Source: Thermotogota bacterium (GTDB taxonomy: Bacteria > Thermotogota > Thermotogae > Petrotogales > Petrotogaceae). Taken from it: 64,000 nucleotides of DNA. The notes beneath the pieces were generated by a model. That model worked only from the letters and a program-made list of their open reading frames with translations. It made no database searches and was not told the DNA's origin. Both the position numbers and the translations under genes were made by a program. The DNA is taken from NCBI GenBank assembly GCA_051748045.1, contig JBNJGY010000001.1:1-64000 (forward strand), written 5' to 3'. Below, piece after piece: positions 38,910 to 48,458 of this stretch (its first letter is position 1; every line of letters starts with the position of its first letter).

Positions 38910-40352
38910 TTATTTTTTATCTAAAGCTAATTTATCTTCATTTTTTTCATATCTTCTCATTCTTGTTTCGTAATTGTATACCCCTCTTTTTGATGGCCAT
39001 TTTTCAGAATATCCTTCATCTTCCCATAATTGATCTGCATATACTTTCCATTCTGCAGCTAATTCATCTAATTCTGGACCTAACTCATTTACTACTCTTT
39101 CTGAACCTGGATGCTGAGGTATAGCGTTGAATTTTTTAACCATTGATCTGAAAACTTTTGGATTATCTATTATAGGACATGGTCTAAATAAATTGTCTGA
39201 GTATGGAATTGTTCTTTTATATGCTTCAAAAAACGGTGATTTAAGAATTTCCAATATAGATTTTTCTCTAATATTATCAACAGCAAATTGTTGGAAAACA
39301 CACGGTTCTGCATAACCTTTTGCATTAATATGTAAATATTTTGCACCTGCTGCTAAACAACCATGAGTTAAGAATCCATGATTCCAGAAGTCAGCAACAA
39401 AAGAGAATTTACCTCCAAGTCTTAGTTCTTCAGTTTTTCTAAATCTTTCCAATCTCTGTTCAGGTGTGGGAACTAATTCTAGTGAAGCGTCCGCTCCAAC
39501 TGGCATAAATTGGAATACCCAAGCAAAAGCAACACCTTGTTCTTTTAAGTAATCCCAGAATTCATCATCCATAATCATATCATGATTTTTTCTTGTTGCA
39601 GTAATTGAAGAACCAAAAATAACTCCATGTTTGTTTAAAACCTTCCAAGCACTTTGTATTTTTTCGTAAACACCTTTACCTCTTCTCCAATCTGTCATTT
39701 CACCGTCACCTTCAACAGATATTGCAAGAGTAGCGTTACCCAATTCTGCTAGTCTTTGAGCATTTTTATCATCTATTAATGTTGCATTTGTATAGATCAT
39801 GAAGTATGAATCATTGAATTCTTCTAATACTTCAAATAAATGAGGATAAACAAACGGTTCTCCTCCAGTTAATATGAAGAAATAAATACCTAAATCGTTA
39901 AATTGTTTTATTGTGCTTCTCATTTCTTCTTTTGATAGTTGATATTTATGGCCATAAAGAGCTGCATAACAACCAACACATCTTAGATTACAAGCATATG
40001 TAGGTGAAATTACTGCTAATTTTGGTAAAACTACTTTATGTTCATGCATTTTTTCTTGTCTGACTTTTTCCCCAATTGCAAATTCATTTACTATTAAATT
40101 ATTAATTACCTTTTCAACCACATTTGGATGTGCTCTTTTAAAGAGTTCTGACCAATTTTGAATCATTGGATCTCCTCTATCAGCACCTTCTGCTAAATGT
40201 CTTAATCCACTTTTAGCTGGTTCTTTTGCGAATTTTGATAACGTCCAAAATAATTTACCTAATTGTTCAACATCAGCATTTCTTACAACATTAGATACTA
40301 ACTTTGATGCTTGTTTCATCATCATGGTTTTCATAGAATCTAAAATACCCAT
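38910..40352 (-). CDS. Radical SAM protein with SPASM/twitch-like C-terminal Cys cluster
   Basis: CNLRCVGCY, TGGEP, GCLAAG...PCVF and RPCP. Confidence 0.9.
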   Translation of the reverse strand: MGILDSMKTMMMKQASKLVSNVVRNADVEQLGKLFWTLSKFAKEPAKSGLRHLAEGADRGDPMIQNWSELFKRAHPNVVEKVINNLIVNEFAIGEKVRQEKMHEHKVVLPKLAVISPTYACNLRCVGCYAALYGHKYQLSKEEMRSTIKQFNDLGIYFFILTGGEPFVYPHLFEVLEEFNDSYFMIYTNATLIDDKNAQRLAELGNATLAISVEGDGEMTDWRRGKGVYEKIQSAWKVLNKHGVIFGSSITATRKNHDMIMDDEFWDYLKEQGVAFAWVFQFMPVGADASLELVPTPEQRLERFRKTEELRLGGKFSFVADFWNHGFLTHGCLAAGAKYLHINAKGYAEPCVFQQFAVDNIREKSILEILKSPFFEAYKRTIPYSDNLFRPCPIIDNPKVFRSMVKKFNAIPQHPGSERVVNELGPELDELAAEWKVYADQLWEDEGYSEKWPSKRGVYNYETRMRRYEKNEDKLALDKK

Positions 40353-40372
40353 TTTTACACCTCCACAATAAT

Positions 40373-40939
40373 TTATTTACTTAATTTTAGAATGATTTCT
40401 TTTAATTCTTTTGTTAGTGTTTCTTCTTCAAAATCAACTCCAAAAACTTTATATAATTGTAATCCAACTAACATAGCTTGAACCATTAAAGCTTTGTTCT
40501 TTGACTCAAAAACATCTTCAAATTTATCTAATACAACAGTAAAATAATTTTCAAATGTATTTTTTAAGGGAGAAAAATTCTTCTTGTTATTAACAGAATC
40601 AAGAATTATTTCGAAAGTTCTCAATATTTCATGAGTAGTCAATGATGTAAATAATTTAGAATATATTTTTGAATAAAACTCTGCCTTATCCTCTAAACTT
40701 TCATTATCTTTGACTTCTATATCTTCTATTCTATAAGTAAACTTATTTATTAATTTTATAAAAGCAGAAACTATAAGATTGTCTTTGTTAGAATAATAAT
40801 TATATAAAGTTCCTTTAGAGTAATCACAGGCTTTCGCAACTTCATCCATTGTTAATTTAGATAAACCTCTATTTATTATAATATCTATTGCCTTTTCAGC
40901 TATAATATCTTTTTTATTTGTTGACTTGGAAATATCCAT
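40373..40939 (-). CDS. TetR/AcrR-family transcriptional regulator
   Basis: LTMDEVAKACDYSKGTLYNYYSNK HTH; GAGGTG RBS before ATG 40939. Confidence 0.92.
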   Translation of the reverse strand: MDISKSTNKKDIIAEKAIDIIINRGLSKLTMDEVAKACDYSKGTLYNYYSNKDNLIVSAFIKLINKFTYRIEDIEVKDNESLEDKAEFYSKIYSKLFTSLTTHEILRTFEIILDSVNNKKNFSPLKNTFENYFTVVLDKFEDVFESKNKALMVQAMLVGLQLYKVFGVDFEEETLTKELKEIILKLSK

Positions 40940-40959
40940 TATTAACACCTCGCGTCAAT

Positions 40960-40973
40960 TGACTGAACAGTCA
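40960..40973. promoter_or_regulatory. Putative TetR operator
   Basis: Palindrome TGACTG-AA-CAGTCA between the promoter and the RBS. Confidence 0.7.
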
Positions 40974-40982
40974 CTTACCAAA

Positions 40983-41011
40983 ATTATACTTTTTTTATAA
41001 TTTTTAGTCAA
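40983..41011 (-). promoter_or_regulatory. Sigma70 promoter of the tetR-radical SAM operon
   Basis: Minus strand TTGACT-17 bp-TATAAT. Confidence 0.75.
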
Positions 41012-41245
41012 TATTGATATTTTTTATCGTATTTAACATAGTTCATTTCAATAGATATTCTATAACTCTTTATTAATTGATGTTTTAGGACTTATTAAAT
41101 TTTTTAATAAAAAAAGTACATCTGTAATAATATATTTACTTAAATGTTTGTATGCATTTACAATAATATTGTGGGGCATTTTTTATATATTAATTTTATC
41201 TTCTATGTTATAATTTTAATGAATAATATATTGGAGGTAACTAAA

Positions 41246-42475
41246 TTGGATTTTATATTAGTAAGAACGAATGAAATAGCCCTTAAAAATAAAAATAAAG
41301 GGATCTTTATGAACCAATTAAAGGAAAATATTGAAAAAATGCTACTAGGAAAAGTTAAAATTAAAAGAATTAACAATAGATTTTATATAAATATTAGTAA
41401 TGAAATAAATAGCTATGAAAAGGATATATTAGATAATAGTCTAAAGAAAATATATGGAATTCATTCAATATCTTATGTACACATGGTTAATAAAAGTATT
41501 AAAGATATAGAAAAAAAATCATTTCAATTGGTAGAAGAATATCTTATTAAAAATAAACCTAAAAGTTTTAAAGTAGAAGTTAATAGGGCCGACAAAACCT
41601 TTGAACATAAAAGTATTGAATTTGCTTCCATGATGGGAGAAAAAATATTAAATAATTTTAATGAGTTAAAGGTAGATGTTAAAAAACCTGATTTTATTCT
41701 TTATATAGATATAAGACAAGAGGGAGCTTATCTATATTCAGAAAAGATAATTTGTGCTGGAGGGCTTCCTGTAGGTGTTTCTTCAAAAGGTTCTTTATTA
41801 TTATCTGGGGGAATTGATAGTCCTGTAGCTGGAACACTGATGCAAAAAAGAGGCATGATTATAAATGCAATTAGTTTTCATAGCCCGCCATTTACCGGGA
41901 GAAAATCTGTTGAAAAAATAATAGAACTAACAAAAAAATTATCTTATTATAACTCAAACCCTATTCATTTATACATGATTCCTCTAACTAAAGTTCAGAA
42001 GGCTTACAAAGAAACTGGAGGCAAGAATATTGTTGTTTTACAAAGAAGATCTATGATGAGAATAGCATCAAAAATTTCTGATATAACAGGCACCAAACTT
42101 TTAATTACAGGTGAAAGTTTAGGTCAAGTAGCGTCTCAGACAGTAGAAAACCTTACTTCAATTTCAGAAGTTACAGACAAACTTATAATAAGACCTTTAA
42201 TTGGATATGATAAACAAGATACCATAAAGCTCTCAAAACATTATGGGTTTTATGATACATCTATCAAACCACAAACTGATTCTTGTACAATTTTTTTACC
42301 TTCAAAACCTGTTACTAAATCCAAATTAGACATATTGAAAAAAATAGAAAATAAAACTGAAAATTTATTTTCACTAGAAGATGAAGTTTTATCTGAATGC
42401 AAAAAATACTATATTTTTAAAGATGAAGTAAAAGATATAAATAACTTCCAAAATATAACAGGAGGCTCGTTATGA
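41246..42475 (+). CDS. thiI: tRNA 4-thiouridine synthase ThiI
   Basis: EIALK, THUMP domain, GGLPVG, LLSGGIDSPVA and GESLGQVASQT; GGAGG RBS before TTG 41246. Confidence 0.93.
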   Translation: MDFILVRTNEIALKNKNKGIFMNQLKENIEKMLLGKVKIKRINNRFYINISNEINSYEKDILDNSLKKIYGIHSISYVHMVNKSIKDIEKKSFQLVEEYLIKNKPKSFKVEVNRADKTFEHKSIEFASMMGEKILNNFNELKVDVKKPDFILYIDIRQEGAYLYSEKIICAGGLPVGVSSKGSLLLSGGIDSPVAGTLMQKRGMIINAISFHSPPFTGRKSVEKIIELTKKLSYYNSNPIHLYMIPLTKVQKAYKETGGKNIVVLQRRSMMRIASKISDITGTKLLITGESLGQVASQTVENLTSISEVTDKLIIRPLIGYDKQDTIKLSKHYGFYDTSIKPQTDSCTIFLPSKPVTKSKLDILKKIENKTENLFSLEDEVLSECKKYYIFKDEVKDINNFQNITGGSL

Positions 42476-43212
42476 ATTTATTAAAAAACATAGGATTATT
42501 CTTTCTGAATATATATTTCTATTTAGTTATTTTTGTTTTAGTTTTTATATACGGTTCATACGGTTTAATTAAAGCAAAAATTTTAAAAAGAAAATCTGAA
42601 GAAAAGTCCAAAGCATATGTTAGAAAAACTGTAGAAAAATTCGGAAGAATAATATTAAGATCTTTGTTTTGTAAAGTTATAGTTGATGGAAAAGAAAACA
42701 TACCAGAAAAAGGTCCTTATGTTATTGTCAGTAATCATCAGAGTTATTTTGATATTCCTCTGATTTTTGGTTATATTTATCCTAGTGGTTTTGTAGCTAA
42801 AATTGAATTAGCAAAAATGCCCATTGTTGGTAAATATATAACTGCTTTAGATAGTGTTCTAATAAACAGAAAAGACCCAAAATCTGGAGCTGCTTCTTTA
42901 AGAAGATTTGCAAAAAATTTAAAAAAAGGTTCTATTATTACAGTATTTCCAGAAGGCACAAGAACAAAAACTGGAAAAATAGATGAGTTCAAAAAAGGTA
43001 CTTTAATGGTCCCTTTTAGATATGGAATTAGCCTTTTACCTTTAGCAATTGATGGTTCATTCAATGTGAGTAAAAAAGGATCTTTTTTGTTTAAACCTAC
43101 CACTATTAAAGTGAAAATATTTAAGCCAATTGATCCAAAAACTTTTGCAAGTGAAGGAGAGTTGAGAGAACATATAAAAAATGAGATCACAAAAAGCCTT
43201 CAGGAGGGATAG
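42472..43212 (+). CDS. plsC: 1-acyl-sn-glycerol-3-phosphate acyltransferase
   Basis: NHQSYFD and FPEGTR. Confidence 0.9.
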   Translation: MNLLKNIGLFFLNIYFYLVIFVLVFIYGSYGLIKAKILKRKSEEKSKAYVRKTVEKFGRIILRSLFCKVIVDGKENIPEKGPYVIVSNHQSYFDIPLIFGYIYPSGFVAKIELAKMPIVGKYITALDSVLINRKDPKSGAASLRRFAKNLKKGSIITVFPEGTRTKTGKIDEFKKGTLMVPFRYGISLLPLAIDGSFNVSKKGSFLFKPTTIKVKIFKPIDPKTFASEGELREHIKNEITKSLQEG

Positions 43213-43215
43213 ACT

Positions 43216-43719
43216 ATGAAAAGAATAAGTAAGATCACAATGGGCTTAGATAAAGTTTCTAATACTCCAGTAATTTTTTTATTGTTGGAAAAAACTCATC
43301 TAGCTTTACCAATTTGGATAGGCCCATGCGAAGCTGGGGTTATGGCAATGGCATTAAAAAAAGAAATATTTGAAAGGCCATTAACACATGATTTATATTT
43401 AAATTCTATAGAAAAACTAAACTATAAAATTAATAAAATAATTATTACAAAAATAGAAAATAATATTTATCATTCTACAATATCTTTAACTGATAAAAAT
43501 GAAAATACTATAGAAATAGACTCTAGACCTTCAGATGCTATTATATTAGGAGTTAAAAGTGAAATACCAATTTACTTAGATGATGATATAGCTATAAATA
43601 ATACTGTAGAGGTTGATTTCTTAGGGGATGACGACAAGGAAAGAAATGATCTAAAGAAAATATTAGATGAGTTTAATATTGACAACATGAAAGATTATTT
43701 TAATAAAGACGATGAATAA
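43216..43719 (+). CDS. Bifunctional nuclease family (DUF151) protein
   Basis: LPIWIG..EA, RPLTHDL and DSRPSDAI. Confidence 0.9.
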   Translation: MKRISKITMGLDKVSNTPVIFLLLEKTHLALPIWIGPCEAGVMAMALKKEIFERPLTHDLYLNSIEKLNYKINKIIITKIENNIYHSTISLTDKNENTIEIDSRPSDAIILGVKSEIPIYLDDDIAINNTVEVDFLGDDDKERNDLKKILDEFNIDNMKDYFNKDDE

Positions 43720-43746
43720 TTATATGGTATGATTTAGGGGGTTTTT

Positions 43747-44610
43747 ATGGATTTTTTATTTGATTTTAAGAAAGTATTCGAGAAAAAACTCGATTCATTC
43801 ATAACCAACTCTGAAATAAATGAAGATATTAAAAAATCATTAAAGTATAGCTTGATGAATGGAGGAAAGAGACTAAGACCTTGGATAATCAATAGAATTT
43901 CTGAACTTTTAGATATAAATGATTCTCTTGCAATTGAAACCCTATCTTTTTTAGTTGAAATAACACACACAACATCTCTTATACACGATGATATGCCTGA
44001 AATAGATAATTCTTCTTTAAGAAGAGGCAAAAAAACAAATCACATTGTTTTTGGAGACTATCTTTCTCTTCTTGCTGGTGATTATGGATTTGTTTTACCT
44101 TTAAAAATTATTTCTGAATTGAAAATTGACTCTCTTAAAATAAAAAATAGATTATTTTCACATTTTTCAACTTCAACTTTGAAATTAATTGAAGGTGAAA
44201 CAGAAGATGTTCTTTTTGAGAAATTAGGAAAATCACCATCAAAAGAGGAAATAATAAATATGTATAGAAAAAAGACAGGTGAATTGTTTGGTTTGTGCTT
44301 TTCACTTCCTTTTATTTTAAAAGATAAAACAAACAATATTGATGAAATTTATAGCTCTGGATTAAAATTCGGAATTTCATTCCAAATTTATGATGATTTG
44401 AAAGATGTTTTTTCAACAGAAGAAGAGTTAGGGAAAAACGTTAATACTGATGAAAATAAATTAACCCTTCTAAAACTCGTTGGTCATGAGCAGGCAAAAA
44501 AATATGCTGATAATCTATTTGAAGAAATTGGTACTATACTCAAAAAAAACGATTTAGAAGATTTTTATTATGATTTAATTAAAATTAAAAGTTATATTGA
44601 AAAAAAATAG
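43747..44610 (+). CDS. Polyprenyl diphosphate synthase (IspA/GGPP synthase-like)
   Basis: GGKRLRP, SLIHDDMP, RRG, KTG and FQIYDD. Confidence 0.9.
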   Translation: MDFLFDFKKVFEKKLDSFITNSEINEDIKKSLKYSLMNGGKRLRPWIINRISELLDINDSLAIETLSFLVEITHTTSLIHDDMPEIDNSSLRRGKKTNHIVFGDYLSLLAGDYGFVLPLKIISELKIDSLKIKNRLFSHFSTSTLKLIEGETEDVLFEKLGKSPSKEEIINMYRKKTGELFGLCFSLPFILKDKTNNIDEIYSSGLKFGISFQIYDDLKDVFSTEEELGKNVNTDENKLTLLKLVGHEQAKKYADNLFEEIGTILKKNDLEDFYYDLIKIKSYIEKK

Positions 44611-44621
44611 GGTGGTTACTA

Positions 44622-47084
44622 ATGGCTGAAGAAAATAACAACGAAAATAAACAAAACAAATTAAAGAATTTAATTTCTAAATTATTATTATCTTTAAAAA
44701 GGATTCGATATAAAATTAACAAAAAAATACTCTTGATTATTTCTGGAGTTGTTGTTTTAATTATTGCTTCATTTATTTTTATTCCAATGATTTTTGACTC
44801 TCAAGAAGCCCCTGATCAAAAAAGAACAAAAGAACTAGAAGTTATTATTCCAGAAAACGCTTATAATGGAGATAAAAGATTTGATATCGAGGAGGTACCG
44901 AATGATTCAATAGAATATCAAAATCTTAGTTCAATGGCTAATTTCCATGGAAAAATATTTTCCATTGAACCTGTTGATGGTGTGGAAGAATCTTCTCTTT
45001 TACCTATGAAAATAAGATATAAAATTCCTGATGATCTTTATTTTGGAGATAATTTCACTAATTTTTCTTTAGCATATGCATCTAACTCAGAACCTCCTGT
45101 AATAAGTGAATTTTCAGGAGCTAAAATTATAGAAGTTGATAATTCTTATTATATTGAAGCTGATACATTTCATTTTTCTAAAATAGGTTTGATTGTTAAA
45201 TCGCCTAAAGAATCAGATTATGGGCTAAAAACATTAACAGAAAAACCTTCAACTTTTAAACCTGATGTTTTGCTAGTTCCTGGTACAGATATTAATTTTA
45301 TAGGTTATTTATCTAACACAAATACTTCTGATAATCCATACGGTAGCAATTTTTGGTCTGTACTCTTTGAAGAAAGAACACTTTGGCAATATAATTATCC
45401 AATCGTTAATACAAGAAGTAAGACTTATTACGATTCTTATCAAGGATTTTTAATGAGAACAGGATCAAAATCATATATAGAATTTGAAGCTAAAAGATTA
45501 GCACAAGAATTAAAAAGACTTCCAAACAGAGAATTTGATATAATTGCACATGGTGTAGGAGGGTTGATAGCAAGATACGCAATTGAGTCTGATGAGAATA
45601 TAAATAATGTAAAAAACATTGTTTTAATTTCAACACCAAATAAAGGAACTAATTTAGCAAATCCTTTATTTTTTAATCTTATCTACGGAAAGCCAACTGA
45701 TATATTAATTGAAAATTTAAATGTTAATGAGGAAGCCTCTTTTAATATCAAATATAACACCAATTTTTTCCTTGAACAAATAAATAATTACTATTCTGAT
45801 TTAATTCCTAATTCTGAGTTTTTAAACAAATTGAATAGTTTTGGACTTAGAGAAGATATAAATTATATAACTATAGCCGGTGAAAATTCTGGTATTAATA
45901 TGGATCTAAGTGAATCCTCCATTTCAAGATTGTATCCTGAATTCATTAACGGCAAAGCAGATGGAATAGTTACAGTTAATAGCTCATTAATGAATGAGGC
46001 AAATACAAAACTTTTGTACGATTATAAATTTTATGACATTTATTCAAAACCTGAAGTTTTAGACAATATTAAGAAAATACTTGAGGATACTCTTGAATTC
46101 CCAGAAATAAGAGAGTTTGAAGATGATGATTTCATTGAAACATATGAACAATTAAGATCTTCTCAAGAAAAAAATGATTCTACGCAAAGTCAAACTGATT
46201 CAGATGTTGATACGGAAAGCAATGATTTTAATTTACCTATTAACTACTCAGAATTTTCTTTAATTGAGGATATTTCTACAGTGAAAGACTTAGAATATAA
46301 TAATCCTAAATTAGATTCCTTTGATGGTAAATTACTAATAAAAAATGACTCAGGTATTTATGATATTAATGGAAATATTTTATTGAATACTGATATAATC
46401 AATTCTTATAAATATAAAGATAGATACATTGTCACAGCGAAAGATGGAATATATGTCTTAGATGAAGATTCAAATAATTTTATTAAAGTTGAAGATGGTC
46501 TAATTGAAAGTGATGAGGCTTATTATTTATCAGAATATGGTATTTTAAGAGTTTTTCACAATAATGATTATTCTTCTGTTTATTTGGATAAAGAAATATT
46601 ATCTAATAATTCAAGAATGGTAGAAATAGAAGAAAATAATGGGATAAATTATGTTGTCTTAGAGAACAGAATATCTGTGTTAAGCGAGAACACGCTTAAT
46701 GATTATATTTTAAAAGATGATATTATTAATGCAACAGGTATTAGTTTTGATTCCATTAGGGACGTGGAGATTATAAACAATGATTTTTATATTTCTACTA
46801 CTGATTATAAACTAATCTATGTTAAAGGAAATAGATCATTTTATCAAGTTATAGGTAATGGTGACGTTGGTAAGAAAACACTTATAAATAAAAATGGTAT
46901 TTTATATGTGTTTGGCGAAGACACTATAACATATATTGATATAGAAAATAAAAATTTCCCTGGGAACTATCAAAGATTTGATGAAGAAAACATTGATTAT
47001 ATTATTAATAATGAAACTATTTATGGTATTCAACAAACATTAAGGGGCTTTAAATTATGGGAAGGAAATCTAACAAACTTTTAA
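44622..47084 (+). CDS. Membrane-anchored multidomain protein with a degenerate alpha/beta-hydrolase (lipase-like) domain
   Basis: TM helix; LLVPG, IIAHGVGGL, ISTPNKGT and DGIV motifs; beta-rich C-terminus. Confidence 0.7.
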   Translation: MAEENNNENKQNKLKNLISKLLLSLKRIRYKINKKILLIISGVVVLIIASFIFIPMIFDSQEAPDQKRTKELEVIIPENAYNGDKRFDIEEVPNDSIEYQNLSSMANFHGKIFSIEPVDGVEESSLLPMKIRYKIPDDLYFGDNFTNFSLAYASNSEPPVISEFSGAKIIEVDNSYYIEADTFHFSKIGLIVKSPKESDYGLKTLTEKPSTFKPDVLLVPGTDINFIGYLSNTNTSDNPYGSNFWSVLFEERTLWQYNYPIVNTRSKTYYDSYQGFLMRTGSKSYIEFEAKRLAQELKRLPNREFDIIAHGVGGLIARYAIESDENINNVKNIVLISTPNKGTNLANPLFFNLIYGKPTDILIENLNVNEEASFNIKYNTNFFLEQINNYYSDLIPNSEFLNKLNSFGLREDINYITIAGENSGINMDLSESSISRLYPEFINGKADGIVTVNSSLMNEANTKLLYDYKFYDIYSKPEVLDNIKKILEDTLEFPEIREFEDDDFIETYEQLRSSQEKNDSTQSQTDSDVDTESNDFNLPINYSEFSLIEDISTVKDLEYNNPKLDSFDGKLLIKNDSGIYDINGNILLNTDIINSYKYKDRYIVTAKDGIYVLDEDSNNFIKVEDGLIESDEAYYLSEYGILRVFHNNDYSSVYLDKEILSNNSRMVEIEENNGINYVVLENRISVLSENTLNDYILKDDIINATGISFDSIRDVEIINNDFYISTTDYKLIYVKGNRSFYQVIGNGDVGKKTLINKNGILYVFGEDTITYIDIENKNFPGNYQRFDEENIDYIINNETIYGIQQTLRGFKLWEGNLTNF

Positions 47085-48292
47085 TTATTATTTCTATATT
47101 TTTATTGTTTTTTAACATGATTTACGCTTCAAATTACGATGAAGCGTATAATTTGTATTTATCTGGATTAAAGGCTTACAGATCTGGAGAATATGAGAAT
47201 GCCCAAAACTTTTTAGAATCCGCTTTGGAAAAGTCTCCAAGAATTGAAGATGAAATACCAGAAATAAAATTATATTTGGGTCTTTCTGCTTTTCAAAATC
47301 GTGATTATGAATTATCTCTCCAATTTTTAAACCTTTTTCCAAATAACGCATTAGCAAATGAATCTGTAAGAAATATTCAAGAAAAACTTCTAACACAAGA
47401 TGTTGATGTAGGGGACTTAGTTATTAAGAATCCAACTAATGGTTCAACAACTACAGAGAAAAATAATATCAATACAGGTAGTTTCCTAACTATTACATTT
47501 ATTATTTTTATTATATCTATTCTAAGCGCTTTTGCAGTTTGGTTTTTATTGAAAAAATATTCAACAGTTGATTTTGGGAAACAAACTAAAAAAATAACAA
47601 CAGGTGAAACTGAAGATTTCGAAGAGCCAGAAGAGGTTATACAACCAATTATCCTTGAAGAAGTAATTAATTTGAAACTAGACAATTTAGAAACTATTTG
47701 GCAAAAATCTAAAGCTTTAAAAAGACTACTTGGTGAAATCGATGAAGACTTCTCTCATGAAGAATCTGATGATATGGAAGAAGAAGATGTAAAAACCAAT
47801 AAATTGAAAAAAATGATAGATGATTCAATGAAAGATGTTGATTTAGATGAATTAGAAAATATTTTAGATGATTATGATTCAGAAGAAGATGAAACTGAAG
47901 AAACCAAAGATTCTACCGAAGAAGTAGAAAAAATAAAAAATGATGATGACTCTAACACTTCAGAAGAAGATTTAGAAATTAATGAAGATGAAATAGAAAA
48001 AGATACTCAAAATCTTGATCAAGTTTCTTTAGAAGATGTTAAAAATGATTGGGAAGAATCCGCTGATACTATCAAGCCTGATCAAAATGCAAAAAATACT
48101 TACAACAAAATTATGAACGAAAAAGAAGCCGAAATAATAAGAGAAGCGGAGAGTTTTAATGATTTAAATTCTTTAATAGAAGATATAGAAGCAAGTAATA
48201 AAGATAAAGGAAGAAAAGAATATACACAAGCTCAATTAGATTCCATCTTTAAAACCAATTTTTTTGAAATAAACGATGAAAAAATAAATTAA
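47057..48292 (+). CDS. TPR-containing membrane protein with long acidic C-terminal region
   Basis: Signal peptide, TPR (Y..GL.AY..G.Y..A), second TM helix and D/E-rich tail. Confidence 0.72.
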   Translation: MGRKSNKLLIIISIFLLFFNMIYASNYDEAYNLYLSGLKAYRSGEYENAQNFLESALEKSPRIEDEIPEIKLYLGLSAFQNRDYELSLQFLNLFPNNALANESVRNIQEKLLTQDVDVGDLVIKNPTNGSTTTEKNNINTGSFLTITFIIFIISILSAFAVWFLLKKYSTVDFGKQTKKITTGETEDFEEPEEVIQPIILEEVINLKLDNLETIWQKSKALKRLLGEIDEDFSHEESDDMEEEDVKTNKLKKMIDDSMKDVDLDELENILDDYDSEEDETEETKDSTEEVEKIKNDDDSNTSEEDLEINEDEIEKDTQNLDQVSLEDVKNDWEESADTIKPDQNAKNTYNKIMNEKEAEIIREAESFNDLNSLIEDIEASNKDKGRKEYTQAQLDSIFKTNFFEINDEKIN

Positions 48293-48322
48293 AATGCCCT
48301 TTAAAAGGGCATTTTAATTTAT
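48284..48322. terminator. Bidirectional terminator (TPR gene / tRNA-Gly)
   Basis: ataaattaaaatgccctt...aagggcattttaatttat. Confidence 0.85.
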
Positions 48323-48397
48323 GGAGCGGATAACGAGACTCGAACCCGCGACCCTCAGCTTGGGAAGCTGATGCTCTACCAACTGAGCTATATCCGC
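48322..48397 (-). tRNA. tRNA-Gly(CCC)
   Basis: GCGGATA acceptor stem, AGCTCAGTTGGTAGAGC D-arm, TCAGC-TTCCCAA-GCTGA anticodon arm, GTTCGA T-loop and encoded CCA; 76 nt. TGATATAAT extended -10 lies just upstream. Confidence 0.96.
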
Positions 48398-48458
48398 TTA
48401 TTATGATATAATTATATCAGAAAAAACAATAATAGTAAATTATTTAGAGGAGGTATAT

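Noticed and set aside
41144-41245. Long N-terminal extensions in the ORF track (thiI; also the ORFs starting at 15494, 16803, 26254, 36120 and 60430)
   Set aside because: A downstream start in each case fits the RBS position, gene packing or family N-terminus better; the extensions overlap promoters or neighbouring genes.
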